DNA of 64,000 nt from an uncultured Gammaproteobacteria bacterium (GCA_963797555.1 CAWCPV010000007.1:352001-416000), one strand, 5' to 3'; numbered from the stretch's first letter, positions 42,480 to 52,709 are shown. The notes: a model not told the origin generated them from the sequence alone. Numbers and translations are program-made.

Positions 42480-43520
42480 TCACGGTTCGGAACCCGTGCC
42501 TGCCTCCTGCCCCGGGAAAGCCCGGCCTCGAACTTGATCGAGCCACCGCAGGGTCTGCGAAACGGACTGCCGCAGTGCGCCCTCGGCCCGGATGCCGAGG
42601 GGGGGACGCTCCACCCCCGATATGGCTCGGACGATCGCATCCCGCTGTCGGGGCTCGAAAAGTACGGCGAGCGCCGACCGTTCGAATCCCCACAGCCGAA
42701 AATTTCTCCAGAACCGAAACCAGGCTTTGCGCAGGCGCGGACTCAGCTTGCCCGCGGCGGCCTGGCGAGCGAGCGACAGGAGATGCACGAGCACGTTCTC
42801 AACTCGCAGACGGCCGTCCGTCCTGAAACTGTCGCTCACCGAGCCGGTGCGGTGCCGATAATACACCCCCACATAGGGCAGGTGATGAATCGGGCCCCCG
42901 CGCTCGAGAATCCGGAGAATCAGGTCCGTGTCTGCGGCGCACCCCCATGTCTCGTCCCAGCCGCCGATTGCGAGAAGATCGGCGCGGCGGTGCATCTGGG
43001 CATTCGAGTGCCAGAGTTGGATGTCTTCGAAGCACATCTCGTACCATTGCTGGGCGGGCCTCGCGTGTGGCTGAAGCGGGTCCAGGTGGTGCCGGTAAAA
43101 CGCGAGATCTCCTCGGTAGCACGAAACGGGCTCCAGGGACTCGTCGCAGCTTAGAGTGCGGCAGTACGCGACCCGGTTTCCGGGATTGGCTTCGAGGTGG
43201 CCGACGAGTTCCTCGAGCATTCGCGGGCGCAGCGCGTCGTCGCAGTCCAACTTGACGACATATGCTCCGCGCGCCAACGCGAGCGCACGGTTCCAGTTAG
43301 CGGTCATCCCGAGATTGGTCTCGGTCCTCGATACGCGGAATCGGGGGTCTCGCGAAGACCATTCTGCCGCAATGCGCGAGGAGTCATCCGTGCTCGCGTC
43401 GTCGGCGATGATCGCCTCGTAGTCGACAAAGGTCTGGTGTCCGATGGATGTCAGAGCCTGCGACAGGAAGGGCTCGCCATTGAATACCGGGACCAGGACG
43501 GAAACGGCGGGTTCAGCCAT
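42480..43520 (-). CDS. Glycosyltransferase family 2
   Basis: LVPVFNG, DDASTD, NWNRAL, LDCDD, GGWDE. Confidence 0.92.
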   Translation of the reverse strand: MAEPAVSVLVPVFNGEPFLSQALTSIGHQTFVDYEAIIADDASTDDSSRIAAEWSSRDPRFRVSRTETNLGMTANWNRALALARGAYVVKLDCDDALRPRMLEELVGHLEANPGNRVAYCRTLSCDESLEPVSCYRGDLAFYRHHLDPLQPHARPAQQWYEMCFEDIQLWHSNAQMHRRADLLAIGGWDETWGCAADTDLILRILERGGPIHHLPYVGVYYRHRTGSVSDSFRTDGRLRVENVLVHLLSLARQAAAGKLSPRLRKAWFRFWRNFRLWGFERSALAVLFEPRQRDAIVRAISGVERPPLGIRAEGALRQSVSQTLRWLDQVRGRAFPGQEAGTGSEP

Positions 43521-43612
43521 TCAGCGATTACCGCGCCCTGAAGCGGCCATGCTGCGGGCTGGCGCAGAAAGCCCACGAGGTTGTTCTCGACACGCGCTAC
43601 CGCTGATAGCTG

Positions 43613-44989
43613 CTAGCCTGACCGAGGCCGCTCCGTGAGGGACAGGCCGTCGATCTCGGCGGCCATCTGCCAGAAGCTCGGATCGCCCAGCCCGCGCATG
43701 CCGTATGAGTGCGGCCACTCGCTAGCGCTGGAGTGCACGAACGATCGGCCGACGAGTCTTCGAATATGCTCTGCCGCTTGGACCCCGAGCCACGCGTCCA
43801 GATGCCCGGCCGGGGGCACAGGGCGGTGCGGCGCCGGGCTTCGCCGAGGCAGGTCGGCAATCTCGACGAGGCATTTGTGCCAGCAATCGACCGAGTGTTG
43901 CCGGGAGTAGCGCCGCTCGATCAGCTCGCGGCCCTCGGCTGCGAGCCTGTGCCGGACGCGCGGCTCCAACACCTCCAACAGACATTCTCCAGCCCCGGCG
44001 ATGTCGCCCACGCGATACATCAAACAGTTCACCCCGTCTTCGAGGCTGCCTTCGAGACCACACCCGACGTAACGGCTGGTGACCACGGGAACACCATGCG
44101 CCATGGCCTCCCAGATGACGATGGGCCCGGTCTCCCAAAGCGACGTCACGAGCAGGACGTCCGCCTGCCGGTAGACCTTATCCGCCAGCTCCGAAAATGA
44201 GCAGTTTCCAAGAAATCTGACTCTCTCGAGCGCACCGCTGCTCGCCCATCGGGCGCGAAGTCGCGCCTCCTCGGGCCCCGATCCAGCGATGAGCAGCTCG
44301 TAGCGGACAGCACGAGCGTCGAGCCACGCGGTGATTTCAACGAGGTCGTGGACCCGCTTCTGAGACTGCTCCAAGCGCCCGGCGTACGCGATTCGCAGGA
44401 ACGACCGATCCTCCTTGATCTCTGGCTCGCCGGACGGCACATCGACCCCGTACGGAGCGTAGAAGATCCGTCTCGGGCTCACTCTTGCGTCCGTCTCCGT
44501 GAGCCGACAAGCAAGCCGATTTGTTCCCACGACGGCGTCGAGGCTCCCGGAAGCCGCTCTGGCATCCTCGTAAAGGTCAGGCTGGATACCGTGCAGGCTC
44601 ATCGCCACGGATGGACCCCCGTCGCTGTGGGTGCGCATCCGCGCAACGGCCGGGTAAACGTCCGGAATGTTCACGCTGACCACGAGGTCCGGCCGCTGCT
44701 CCGTGAGAACCCGCAGCAAGTTCCGGATGCGTCCCTCACGCGAGCCTGTGGGATTTCGTACGCTCACGGTCCTATCCAGGCGATGCTCGGCCAGATAGGT
44801 TTCCACGTCATGGTAGCGCCCTGCCACGAGCGCAACGACTACGTCCCACCCTTTCTCCTGCAGCGCAGGAGCCAAATAGTCCAGCCAGGTGGCGAGCCCG
44901 CCCAACCGATAGGCGGAAGGAGCGACGAACAGCAGTTTACGTTTCAAGGAACTCGCATGCAGTGCCGTGGCTGATGCGCCGTGCGTCAC
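43613..44989 (-). CDS. Glycosyltransferase family 4
   Basis: GRLEQSQKR, TSLWETGPIVIWEAMAHG; paralog of next gene. Confidence 0.9.
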   Translation of the reverse strand: MTHGASATALHASSLKRKLLFVAPSAYRLGGLATWLDYLAPALQEKGWDVVVALVAGRYHDVETYLAEHRLDRTVSVRNPTGSREGRIRNLLRVLTEQRPDLVVSVNIPDVYPAVARMRTHSDGGPSVAMSLHGIQPDLYEDARAASGSLDAVVGTNRLACRLTETDARVSPRRIFYAPYGVDVPSGEPEIKEDRSFLRIAYAGRLEQSQKRVHDLVEITAWLDARAVRYELLIAGSGPEEARLRARWASSGALERVRFLGNCSFSELADKVYRQADVLLVTSLWETGPIVIWEAMAHGVPVVTSRYVGCGLEGSLEDGVNCLMYRVGDIAGAGECLLEVLEPRVRHRLAAEGRELIERRYSRQHSVDCWHKCLVEIADLPRRSPAPHRPVPPAGHLDAWLGVQAAEHIRRLVGRSFVHSSASEWPHSYGMRGLGDPSFWQMAAEIDGLSLTERPRSG

Positions 44990-45088
44990 GGCGCATCGTG
45001 CGGCAGCCGTTCAGAGGTGCTCGCTCCCTCCCTGCGGGACGCCCCATGGTGGAGTCGAGCGCGTTTCTGGCGATCGGCCAGTCGCGCA

Positions 45089-46495
45089 TCAGCCCCGCTT
45101 GCGGGAGTCATCGGCCAGTGCGGTCCCGAGAACCTGCGGCGCTTTCGGCTCCGGGCGCGGAGGGTGAGGCTCCATCGACTGCCGCGGCCTGTCCAACCGC
45201 TCGATGGCCTCCCGGAAGCGTTGTGCGGCCTCAGCGGGGACGCGCGGGTAAGAAGGCCACTCCTCGCTGGGATACGAATGCGGCCGCGAACGCCCAGTCA
45301 CCTTGCGGACAAGGGCCGCGACCCGCGGAGGAAGACCCAGGCTCTCCAGCCTGCTGCCCGCCGTATCCCCACACTCGACCAGGGGTCCGCCGAGCGCGCG
45401 AGGCCGCGCGCCGAGATCGCGCACCAGATCGGCCCACTCGGCCGTAGTCCGCTCGGCGCTCAGAAAGGTGCTGGCCGTGCTTTCGCCCGCCTCAGCTAGG
45501 CGGCGACGAAGCTCTTCGTCCTCGGCCAGAGCGACCAGGCACTCGACTGCACGCTGCACGTCTCCCACCGGGTACACCATGGCGTTCTGCCTGTCGCGCA
45601 AGACTCCTTCGCAAGCGAGGCCGCGATACTGGCTGGTGACCACGACAACACCGTGCGTCATGGCCTCCCACGCCACCATCGGCCCTGTCTCCCAATCGGA
45701 CGTGACAAGGAGACAGTCCAGGTACGGATAGAAGCTGCGATACAGATAGTCCCGCGATACCGGCCCCACGAACTCGACGACGCCGCTGCTCGAGAGGTCA
45801 CCAAGGCATGCCTTCAACTCTGCCTCGGCCGACCCCGCGCCTGCGATAATCAACCGGTATCTGGTGCCCCGCTTCTGCAGCTCCCGGCATATCGCGGCGA
45901 CGTTGAGCGCTCGTTTCTGCACCTGCTGTAGGCGACCGCAATAGCCAATCCGCAACACTCCGCCGCTGGACGGCGCACGCTCCCGGACCACGGGCGGCAC
46001 ACCGCATCTGATCACGGCCAGCCGTTCGTCCCGCAGCCCGGCGACGTGGCGGATCAGTTCGGCGAGGAGGTGGTTTGCGCACACGACGCAGTCGATGAAG
46101 CTCCCGTACCGTCGGATAGTCTCGATTACGCCGGGATGCTCTTCGTGCACCGGGTACACGATTCGGAAAGTCTGCCCGTGCCTCCGGGCCTCTACGGCTG
46201 CTGTCAAGGCGTCGTCAAGCAGGACCGGCACGACGACGTTGGGCTGCAGGCGCGCCAGGATCCCCCGTACGCCGGCGCGGCGCCCGCGCGCGGTGCCCGC
46301 GCGCCCATCGATCCTCACCGCGGACAGCCCTGCATGGGCCGCAACGAAATCCTCGGGACGATGGAACCTCTCGCCCCAACTGAGGGCGACGTTCACGTCG
46401 AGGCCCGAAGCGGAGAGGCCGTGGGAGACGTCGACGAGCCACTGCTCCACTCCCCCGAGGGTCGGATAGGCCCTGGCGCAGAACAGTACCTTCAT
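45089..46495 (-). CDS. Glycosyltransferase family 4
   Basis: GRLQQVQKR, TSDWETGPMVAWEAMTHG. Confidence 0.9.
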   Translation of the reverse strand: MKVLFCARAYPTLGGVEQWLVDVSHGLSASGLDVNVALSWGERFHRPEDFVAAHAGLSAVRIDGRAGTARGRRAGVRGILARLQPNVVVPVLLDDALTAAVEARRHGQTFRIVYPVHEEHPGVIETIRRYGSFIDCVVCANHLLAELIRHVAGLRDERLAVIRCGVPPVVRERAPSSGGVLRIGYCGRLQQVQKRALNVAAICRELQKRGTRYRLIIAGAGSAEAELKACLGDLSSSGVVEFVGPVSRDYLYRSFYPYLDCLLVTSDWETGPMVAWEAMTHGVVVVTSQYRGLACEGVLRDRQNAMVYPVGDVQRAVECLVALAEDEELRRRLAEAGESTASTFLSAERTTAEWADLVRDLGARPRALGGPLVECGDTAGSRLESLGLPPRVAALVRKVTGRSRPHSYPSEEWPSYPRVPAEAAQRFREAIERLDRPRQSMEPHPPRPEPKAPQVLGTALADDSRKRG

Positions 46496-46539
46496 CGCGC
46501 GGAGTCCAGGTATCGAGGCGTTCCCTCGATTTGCGCTGA

Positions 46540-46670
46540 GACGCTGTGAAAAAATATATCCCCTCGCCCCCTTATGGGGGAGAGGGTTAGGGTGAGGGGC
46601 TTTGAATTCAGCGAGTTACCACTCTCACCCTAGCCCGCTCCCTGAGGGAGAGGGGATTTTTCACAACCTC
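46540..46670 (+). mobile_element. 131-bp MITE/REPIN-like element, copy A
   Basis: TIR GACGCTGTGAAAAA / TTTTTCACAACCTC, flanked by TGA on both sides; two internal REP-like hairpins; near-identical to 52710-52841. Confidence 0.88.
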
Positions 46671-46706
46671 TGAGCTGCGCCGCTTTCTTCCGAATAGCCG
46701 GTCGTC

Positions 46707-47702
46707 TCATCCGCGCATTCCCTCAGCTATCCACGATCCCATCATGCTCGCGCGCGCGTCCCAGCTATGCTCCTTCAGTGCGCGGTTCCTCGCTTCAGCC
46801 CAAACCCGGGGATTCTTAAGCTGCTCCAGCAGCTCTTCCTGAAACGCCTTCTCGCCAGTGAATTCAACGAACGGGTAGTCCCCGAGCACTTTTTCGAACT
46901 CTCCGGAGTTCGGTTTGAACCCGCATACGACGGCGCCGGACTGGTAAGCCTCGAAGTACCTGGCCGTAAGCATGGACACCTTCCCCGTCACCTCCGGTGA
47001 GTCGATATTGCGTGGGTGAACCACCACTATGCTGCTGCCCAGAAGCTCCCGGACGAAGTCGGCGCGATACTTGAATATGGTGCCCAGCGGCGTTCTCTGG
47101 GATACGTATCGGAACCCGTGTCTTTCCGCGAAGCGGATAAAGAAGTCGTCGAGCGCTCTATTCGGTCGTCCGATATTGACGATAGAACGGGCGCGTTTCG
47201 CGGGTGGCGCAGGGATCTCGAATTCACGTGCATCGGCGGCTTGGGGGCACCAAAATACCGGGAATGGCATTATCTCGCGAAAGTGTTCGGCTGCTTGCGA
47301 GGAGGAAAACATGACCCCCCCGATATTGCGCCATTCTTTCATGTACTTCCCAATCTGGGCCCACTGGGGCTCCCAGGTATCGAATAGATATACCCACTTT
47401 CGGCGCCGCGGATTCGCCAAGACGTCGCCGACGGCAAAGTCGCACCACATGAGAAATAGCATTACGTCGCGCCGGCAGTCGAACAGCAGAAGGTCTCGCC
47501 CGAAGTTCGGCCACGAACGACGCAGCATGCGTGCAATGCGGTTTCTCCGAAAATAGTAGCTGCGTTTCGGCAAGTCGGGGACCATCAGCCGGGCATCGAT
47601 TGCGCGGGCCAGCGCCTCCTCCGCGGACCACGCAACCCGCATGTAGAAGCCGGTCTCGCGAAATGCCCGGAGCGAGACGACATCCACCTTGCCCGGTGCC
47701 AT
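46707..47702 (-). CDS. Glycosyltransferase-like protein (GT-B, CgeB/DUF3880-like C-terminus)
   Basis: FDTWE, PQAAD, IGR, TARYFEA, HSWDARA. Confidence 0.65.
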   Translation of the reverse strand: MAPGKVDVVSLRAFRETGFYMRVAWSAEEALARAIDARLMVPDLPKRSYYFRRNRIARMLRRSWPNFGRDLLLFDCRRDVMLFLMWCDFAVGDVLANPRRRKWVYLFDTWEPQWAQIGKYMKEWRNIGGVMFSSSQAAEHFREIMPFPVFWCPQAADAREFEIPAPPAKRARSIVNIGRPNRALDDFFIRFAERHGFRYVSQRTPLGTIFKYRADFVRELLGSSIVVVHPRNIDSPEVTGKVSMLTARYFEAYQSGAVVCGFKPNSGEFEKVLGDYPFVEFTGEKAFQEELLEQLKNPRVWAEARNRALKEHSWDARASMMGSWIAEGMRG

Positions 47703-47959
47703 GACGCGTAACTTGGGGCTACTCCTGTAACCTGCTGATGCCAGGTCGGAGGCAGGGTCTGGGGATGCGTTGGCGGCGGAGGAAATCAAGAACATCGGCG
47801 TGGCGGGAGGGGCTGAGGGAGTGGGCGGTCCGGCTTGCTGAACGTCTCTGGGAGCAGCCGCTGGCGCGCGGTTTCGGGGCTCGCCGGGTGCCGGCGGACC
47901 CGCGCCTGGCCTATCGAGACCGCCTTCCCGAAGGCTGGCGCTCCACTTGAGCCGGGAAA

Positions 47960-48256
47960 TCAACACACCTGAGCTACCTCGCGCCGCGCTGTTTGCTTGC
48001 GGCGCTCTCATGACGAACCAAAACGGGGCTTCCACGCCGCCGGGCAACACTGGGTCGAACGGCTCTGCATGATAGGCTCCATGGAACCATTCGACCAGCA
48101 AGGGATCTTGGCCTGCCCCACTCGGCGTCACGCACCAGGCCACGAACCAGATCGAGGTCAAGTGGGGACCATGTAATAAAGGCCGCTCAGCATGCGCTCG
48201 ACCCAATGATTCCCGGTACGAGGCGGAGCGAAAAAGAAAAATACCTTACGTTTCAT
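47960..48256 (-). pseudogene. Decayed sulfotransferase 5' fragment
   Basis: ATG 48256 gives MKRKVFFFFAPPRTGNHWVERML (5'-PSB-like), then stop/frameshifts; later frame has FVMRAP resembling the RDP motif. Confidence 0.6.
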
Positions 48257-48317
48257 CGGCGGGCTACGCGAGGTGGCCAAGAGCAGGGTGCCACAACACA
48301 CAACTCCTGGTCTCAAT

Positions 48318-48414
48318 CGTCATTCCGGCTGGGAAGCCGGAATCCAGAGGCCACGGACGGCATGCCTCGGCATCCCTGCCCCTGGATTCCGTACAGTCCC
48401 TGTACGGAATGACG
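48318..48414 (+). repeat. CGTC-type REP doublet, copy 3 (complete)
   Basis: CGTCATTCCGGC..GCCGGAATCCAG..CTGGATTCCGTACAG..CTGTACGGAATGACG nested palindrome. Confidence 0.9.
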
Positions 48415-48613
48415 AGAAAGTACGCTGGCCACGCTGCCTGAGGCACGGTCGGGTTTCCAAAGACTCTGTCACGTCATCTTTAGTGTCGCGACGCGCGCGT
48501 GACGCGCAGCCCACGGCCGCATGGCGCAACCGCCTTATCTGGGCGCTCGGCGGACCCATGCTTCCCCGCAGCGGCCTGCCCTTCCAAGGTGACCCGTCGG
48601 CGCGGAATCTCAA

Positions 48614-49348
48614 TCACCGAGGGTATTGGAGCAGCCTCATGGCCAGGCCTTGATGCTGCCAGAAGGTGTTCTCCATGTCCGGTGGCATCTCGTTACGCCA
48701 CCCGCCGACACGACCCTTTCGAAAAAAGTCAGGCCATTTAGCATGCAGGTCATCGAAGGTGGGAACGGCGTTTTCGCCGCCCACCTGCTGAATGTCGCAG
48801 CCGATCCGGTGGAGCGCCATAGCAGCTGTATTAACGGGATTGCGAACCAGGTCCTCGTACCGGACCAGAGCGACACTCCCCTCTGCCACGCGCTCCATCC
48901 ATGTCTGAACGTGCTGGGACCAAGCCCCGAATTCCGAGCCTTCGCCTCGACACAACTTGACGAGAACCCCCCGATAATCTCTGTGCGGGTCGAGCCAGTT
49001 CAGGAGCCGTTCTGCCGCATGGTGCTTGTGTCTCGATGCCGGCTTTTCGATGTCACAGAGGTATCTCGCATAGGACACCAAGGCGTCGCGTCCGTCCCGG
49101 ACGATGTAGACGGCACGAGCATCGGCACGCGGAAGCCGGTGGGTCTTCACAAAATGCAGATCGCCGTCCGCGGCGAGCTCGTCGATCGAGCTTTCCCTGC
49201 GTCGGTGCCCGACAATATTGGCGGCGCCCACCTTATCGAAGTAGGGGTTGTCTCCCTCGGCGTACGTAGCGGTCTTGAAAGCCGCCTGCATGACCACTCG
49301 GAAAAACGTGTTACCCGATCTAGGATACGAAGCAATCCAGACAATCAT
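48614..49348 (-). CDS. Sulfotransferase family 1
   Basis: ASYPRSGNTF, KTH, YIVRDGRDALVS, RYEDL, FFRKGRVGGW. Confidence 0.93.
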   Translation of the reverse strand: MIVWIASYPRSGNTFFRVVMQAAFKTATYAEGDNPYFDKVGAANIVGHRRRESSIDELAADGDLHFVKTHRLPRADARAVYIVRDGRDALVSYARYLCDIEKPASRHKHHAAERLLNWLDPHRDYRGVLVKLCRGEGSEFGAWSQHVQTWMERVAEGSVALVRYEDLVRNPVNTAAMALHRIGCDIQQVGGENAVPTFDDLHAKWPDFFRKGRVGGWRNEMPPDMENTFWQHQGLAMRLLQYPR

Positions 49349-49389
49349 GTCGGTCGTCGCCAAAATGATAGCTGCAGGTGCATGCCATG

Positions 49390-49680
49390 TTAATGCCGCT
49401 CCACCTGAACGGCGAAGACACTTGTCAAGCGAGTTCGTAGAATATTTCCCCTGAGACGATCAATGCGATTTTAGGTTTGGCTCGAATCGCCCTGCGAGCC
49501 AACCGCCACGGCTGTCAGAATGGGAAAAAGTCCGATATTCGCGCCGACGGTCAACAAACACGTCAGTGGGCCGCAGGCAGCGGCGCACAAATAGCCTCGC
49601 TCTTGTCTCGAAAGCGTGAAGATAGATTAACCCAGCCAGCTTGCTATCTCCTTATATGCGGTCCCTTAATCACTTCGCAA
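49390..49680 (-). pseudogene. Decayed FkbM methyltransferase fragment
   Basis: Across frameshifts: GLIYLHAFE..RRCLRPTDVFVD / GANIGLFPILTAVAVG / FEPN. Confidence 0.65.
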
Positions 49681-49704
49681 TCCAGGTATTTTCGGCGAGG
49701 TTTT

Positions 49705-50592
49705 TCAGTGCTGCTCTCGTGTTCTTGTTTTCCGAGCCGAATAAAGTCGTTCCGCAAGGGTGCCGTTGCGTACGTGCCGCATGAAACGTTGTGCACGCGC
49801 GACGAAGCGATGGATGGTATGTTTCATGGGTGCGTCGGGCAAGCGTAGGAGGGCCAGTTTGCGGCGCAAGGCTGATTGGCTGATAGGATAGCCATGTTGT
49901 ACGATCCAGCCGTATGCTTGCGCCTCTAAGAGCGCCACTTGCGCGTTGCTTAGCGCGTCTTTCCATTGACCTGTAGCGCCGGAATGAATGTGGTTCTTGT
50001 GGAGTAGCGACACAGGATCGTAGACGTCGCTGTTAGCCCCGGCGCCGTGGCGTTGAAAATCGAAGGCTGCGATTGTTGTTAGCTGATTCTGGAGGCTGCG
50101 GGCGTTGGCAATTTGGTCGCTCCGTTGGACGTCAATGCGCAAGTCCAGGAACTTGGCGATGCGGCGAACCTCCCCAGATAGGTCGGATACCATCGTCTCG
50201 TAACGAGATACGAGTCGGGGTTGGAGTGCGGTCCACGCATAGTAATTTTGCAACAAAGAAGCGATGGGGCTTTGGGTGAGTACCGTTTCAAGCGGGAGTG
50301 CGTACTTTCGCATCAGTGAGACCACCACGTCTCGAATGTCTCTGTATACATATATCGCCATCGCGCATCGTCCGTCAAAAAGCTTCGCTGCGAGGTCGGT
50401 GAAAGTGTGTGTTTTGATGACGAGGTAACCGTCGAAGTCCTGATAGCGCCGAATCAGCGCCGGTAAGGCAGGTGGGGATATCCAGCCCAGGGCCTGCCCG
50501 GCCCCGCAACTCTCAACGAGATCGCAGGTGATTTGATACTGGAGCGTCGAGCCGGACCGTGGCATCCCACAGGCAAAAATCCATCTGGCCAT
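49705..50592 (-). CDS. Sulfotransferase family 1 (lower GC)
   Basis: CGMPRSGST, KTH, YRDIRDVVVS, RYETM, GQWK. Confidence 0.9.
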   Translation of the reverse strand: MARWIFACGMPRSGSTLQYQITCDLVESCGAGQALGWISPPALPALIRRYQDFDGYLVIKTHTFTDLAAKLFDGRCAMAIYVYRDIRDVVVSLMRKYALPLETVLTQSPIASLLQNYYAWTALQPRLVSRYETMVSDLSGEVRRIAKFLDLRIDVQRSDQIANARSLQNQLTTIAAFDFQRHGAGANSDVYDPVSLLHKNHIHSGATGQWKDALSNAQVALLEAQAYGWIVQHGYPISQSALRRKLALLRLPDAPMKHTIHRFVARAQRFMRHVRNGTLAERLYSARKTRTREQH

Positions 50593-50594
50593 AT

Positions 50595-51876
50595 TCAGAA
50601 ACAGACCTCCTTGGATCGCGGCGTAAATTCAACCGCGGAGAACGAAGCCTTGAGAGGTACCACTCCGAACCGTTGGCCGTCGAAAAATACCCCGCTGCCG
50701 TAGACATCCCTCGCGGGAATGGCGACGACGGCTGCCTCGTCGACCCTGGCCAGGACCTCGACGTTCGGGATGGCCAGCCAGACGCCGACAATGTAGTCTC
50801 CCCCGGCCACGTAAAACGTCACGTCCTCCACGCGGAACTCGCACCACTGTTCGCCGGGCCGGACGTTCAGTGTGTAGTGAGTCGCCTTTGGCGCCACTCG
50901 GGTAACGAGGACGCCCGACCCTGAGGTAATCTTGAAACCCACCCCAACGTCGCGTCGGGAACTGTCCGACCGTATGCCGACGCGGATCACCAGACCCACG
51001 CGCCGGCCCGCGCCTCCCTCCAGCTCTGCGGTGCAGCCGCTCAGCCCGATGCCGTATGCGTCGTTGAATACGGGGAAACGCTCGGCCAGGGACGTGGCCT
51101 GCTGAGCCTGCGCCAGATACTGCTCCACCACCTCGCCGGCCGTCCCTTGGTTGCGCAGCGTGCCCGACATGAAGAGGAACGCCCGGTGGCACAACGACTG
51201 AATGGCGGCCAAGTTGTGGCTGACGAATAGGACGGTGCGTCCGCCCCCGGCGACCTCGCCCATCTTGCCGAGGCATTTCTTCTGGAAGGCCAGAATCGCC
51301 GACGGCGAGCACCTCGTCGACTACCAGGATGTCCGGGTCGAGATGCGCGGCCACCGCGAAGGCGAGGCGCACGTACATGCCCGAGGAGTATCGCTTGACG
51401 GGGGTGTCCAGGAATCTCTCGACTTCGGCGAAGGCGACGATGGAGTCGAACTTCTGCTGCACCTCGCGTCGGGCCATGCCCAGGATGGCGCCGTTGAGGA
51501 AGATATTCTCCCGCCCGGTCAGCTCCGGGTGAAATCCCGTCCCGACCTCGAGCAGGCTCGCAACTCGACCGCGCAGCGTGACCCGTCCGCGAGTGGGGGC
51601 CGTGATGCGGCTGAGAACTTTCAGCAAAGTGCTCTTTCCGGCCCCGTTTCGGCCAATGATGCCGACGACTTCTCCATGCTGGACCTCGAAGCTCACGTCG
51701 CGGAGCGCCCACAGGCGTTCCTGCCCGGCGGCTTTTCCCCGCAAGCGTTTGAGCCTCCTGACGGGAGCCGCCACGGCATGGCCCAGCATCTCGCGAAAGC
51801 TTCCGGTCACCGGCTGCGGACCACCGAGCAGGTACTGCTTCCACAACCCCTCTACACGGATGACAGGCGGCGACAT
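50595..51876 (-). CDS. wzt: ABC polysaccharide exporter ATP-binding subunit with Wzt_C domain, frameshift near 51290
   Basis: [45 protein letters not shown]; continues VLFVSHN in ORF 50595-51263. Confidence 0.92.
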
Positions 51877-51885
51877 TTCGGCTTC

Positions 51886-52125
51886 TCAGATGATGTCGGC
51901 AAATCGCCGCTCGACTCTCTTGAAGAGGGCCACACCGGCCGCGAAGAAGGCGAACGTCACGGCGAAGGAGATCGTGAGGGCACCGAGATCGAAAGGCTTG
52001 CCCAGGAACGCGGCCCGAAATCCTTCCATGAGGCCGGCCATAGGGTTGAGGTACAGCAGCCATCGCCAGCGCTCGGGGACCAGGCTGACCGGAGCAGGGG
52101 TGCGGCGAGCAGGTTCCAGGTCAGG
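51886..52125 (-). pseudogene. Second, diverged copy of the wzm 3' end
   Basis: LTWNLLAAPLL..PERWRWLLYLNPMAGLMEGFRAAFLGKPFDLGAL..VERRFADII-stop mirrors the C-terminus of 52842-53735. Confidence 0.9.
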
Positions 52126-52193
52126 ATGAGCACCCGGTCGGGACAGTACCTCGCCGAAGGTGTTTTTCTGCAATGATTGGGATGCGGCTGCGC

Positions 52194-52282
52194 GGGGGTC
52201 GGGGTTCAGAGTCCGGGGTCCGAGTCAGTCAGGGACAACCCAAGCGCTGCACTGGCCTTATGCGCTCAGCCCAGCACCCCCC
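52194..52282. repeat. Degenerate 7-bp-period inverted array
   Basis: gggggtc ggggttc agagtcc ggggtcc .. ctcagcc cagcacc. Confidence 0.5.
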
Positions 52283-52322
52283 AAGACGACCAATCGGGGC
52301 GAGAAGCGACCGTTGCAAAAGC

Positions 52323-52544
52323 TTACTTCTCAGCGAGGCTGTCGAGGAGGCGTGCCCTCAGCCCCACCAGCGTCAACCCGACAACCTCTTTCTGGTTCTC
52401 GTCATAGCGCAGGATGACACCCTCGCCGATGTCCACACCTAGAGCCGGCTTCGGCTCCCCGATTGACAGATACAGTACATCGCCGTCTTCATCGTACTCC
52501 CATGTGATGGTTTCGGATGTCTCCAGAATCTTTAGCGCCTCCAT
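52323..52544 (-). CDS. DUF2283 domain protein (putative antitoxin), orphan
   Basis: YDEDGDVLYLS, GEGVILRYD, VVGLT. Confidence 0.85.
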   Translation of the reverse strand: MEALKILETSETITWEYDEDGDVLYLSIGEPKPALGVDIGEGVILRYDENQKEVVGLTLVGLRARLLDSLAEK

Positions 52545-52594
52545 AACACCTGTCTCCGTTCCGAGGGCTTACTCGCCAGGTAAGCTGTCAGGAC
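52532..52594 (-). pseudogene. C-terminal remnant of the partner gene normally upstream of DUF2283
   Basis: VLTAYLASKPSERRQVLWRR-stop overlapping the DUF2283 start. Confidence 0.55.
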
Positions 52595-52607
52595 GCATCG
52601 CCGGCAG

Positions 52608-52700
52608 CAGCGTTTCGCAAAAGTCTTCGGTTCAGTTGAGGAGAGCCAGCGTCGCATATTCTTTCCAGAGGCCTTCGATACGGATGACAGGCAGCGACAC
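52608..52700 (-). pseudogene. Second, diverged copy of the wzt 5' end
   Basis: GTG 52700 gives MSLPVIRIEGLWKEY..FCETL vs wzt [20 protein letters not shown]. Confidence 0.85.
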
Positions 52701-52709
52701 GGCGGCTCA

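Noticed and set aside
42405-42480. Possible 9-bp-period inverted arrays (also near 5975-6015 and 41325-41402)
   Set aside because: Too few and too degenerate units to distinguish from chance by eye.
47703-48206. N-terminal 168 aa of ORF 46707-48206
   Set aside because: Low-complexity read-through across intergenic DNA and a sulfotransferase relic; start placed at 47702.
48464-48610. Possible third MITE
   Set aside because: Terminal complementarity too weak and no second copy in the window.
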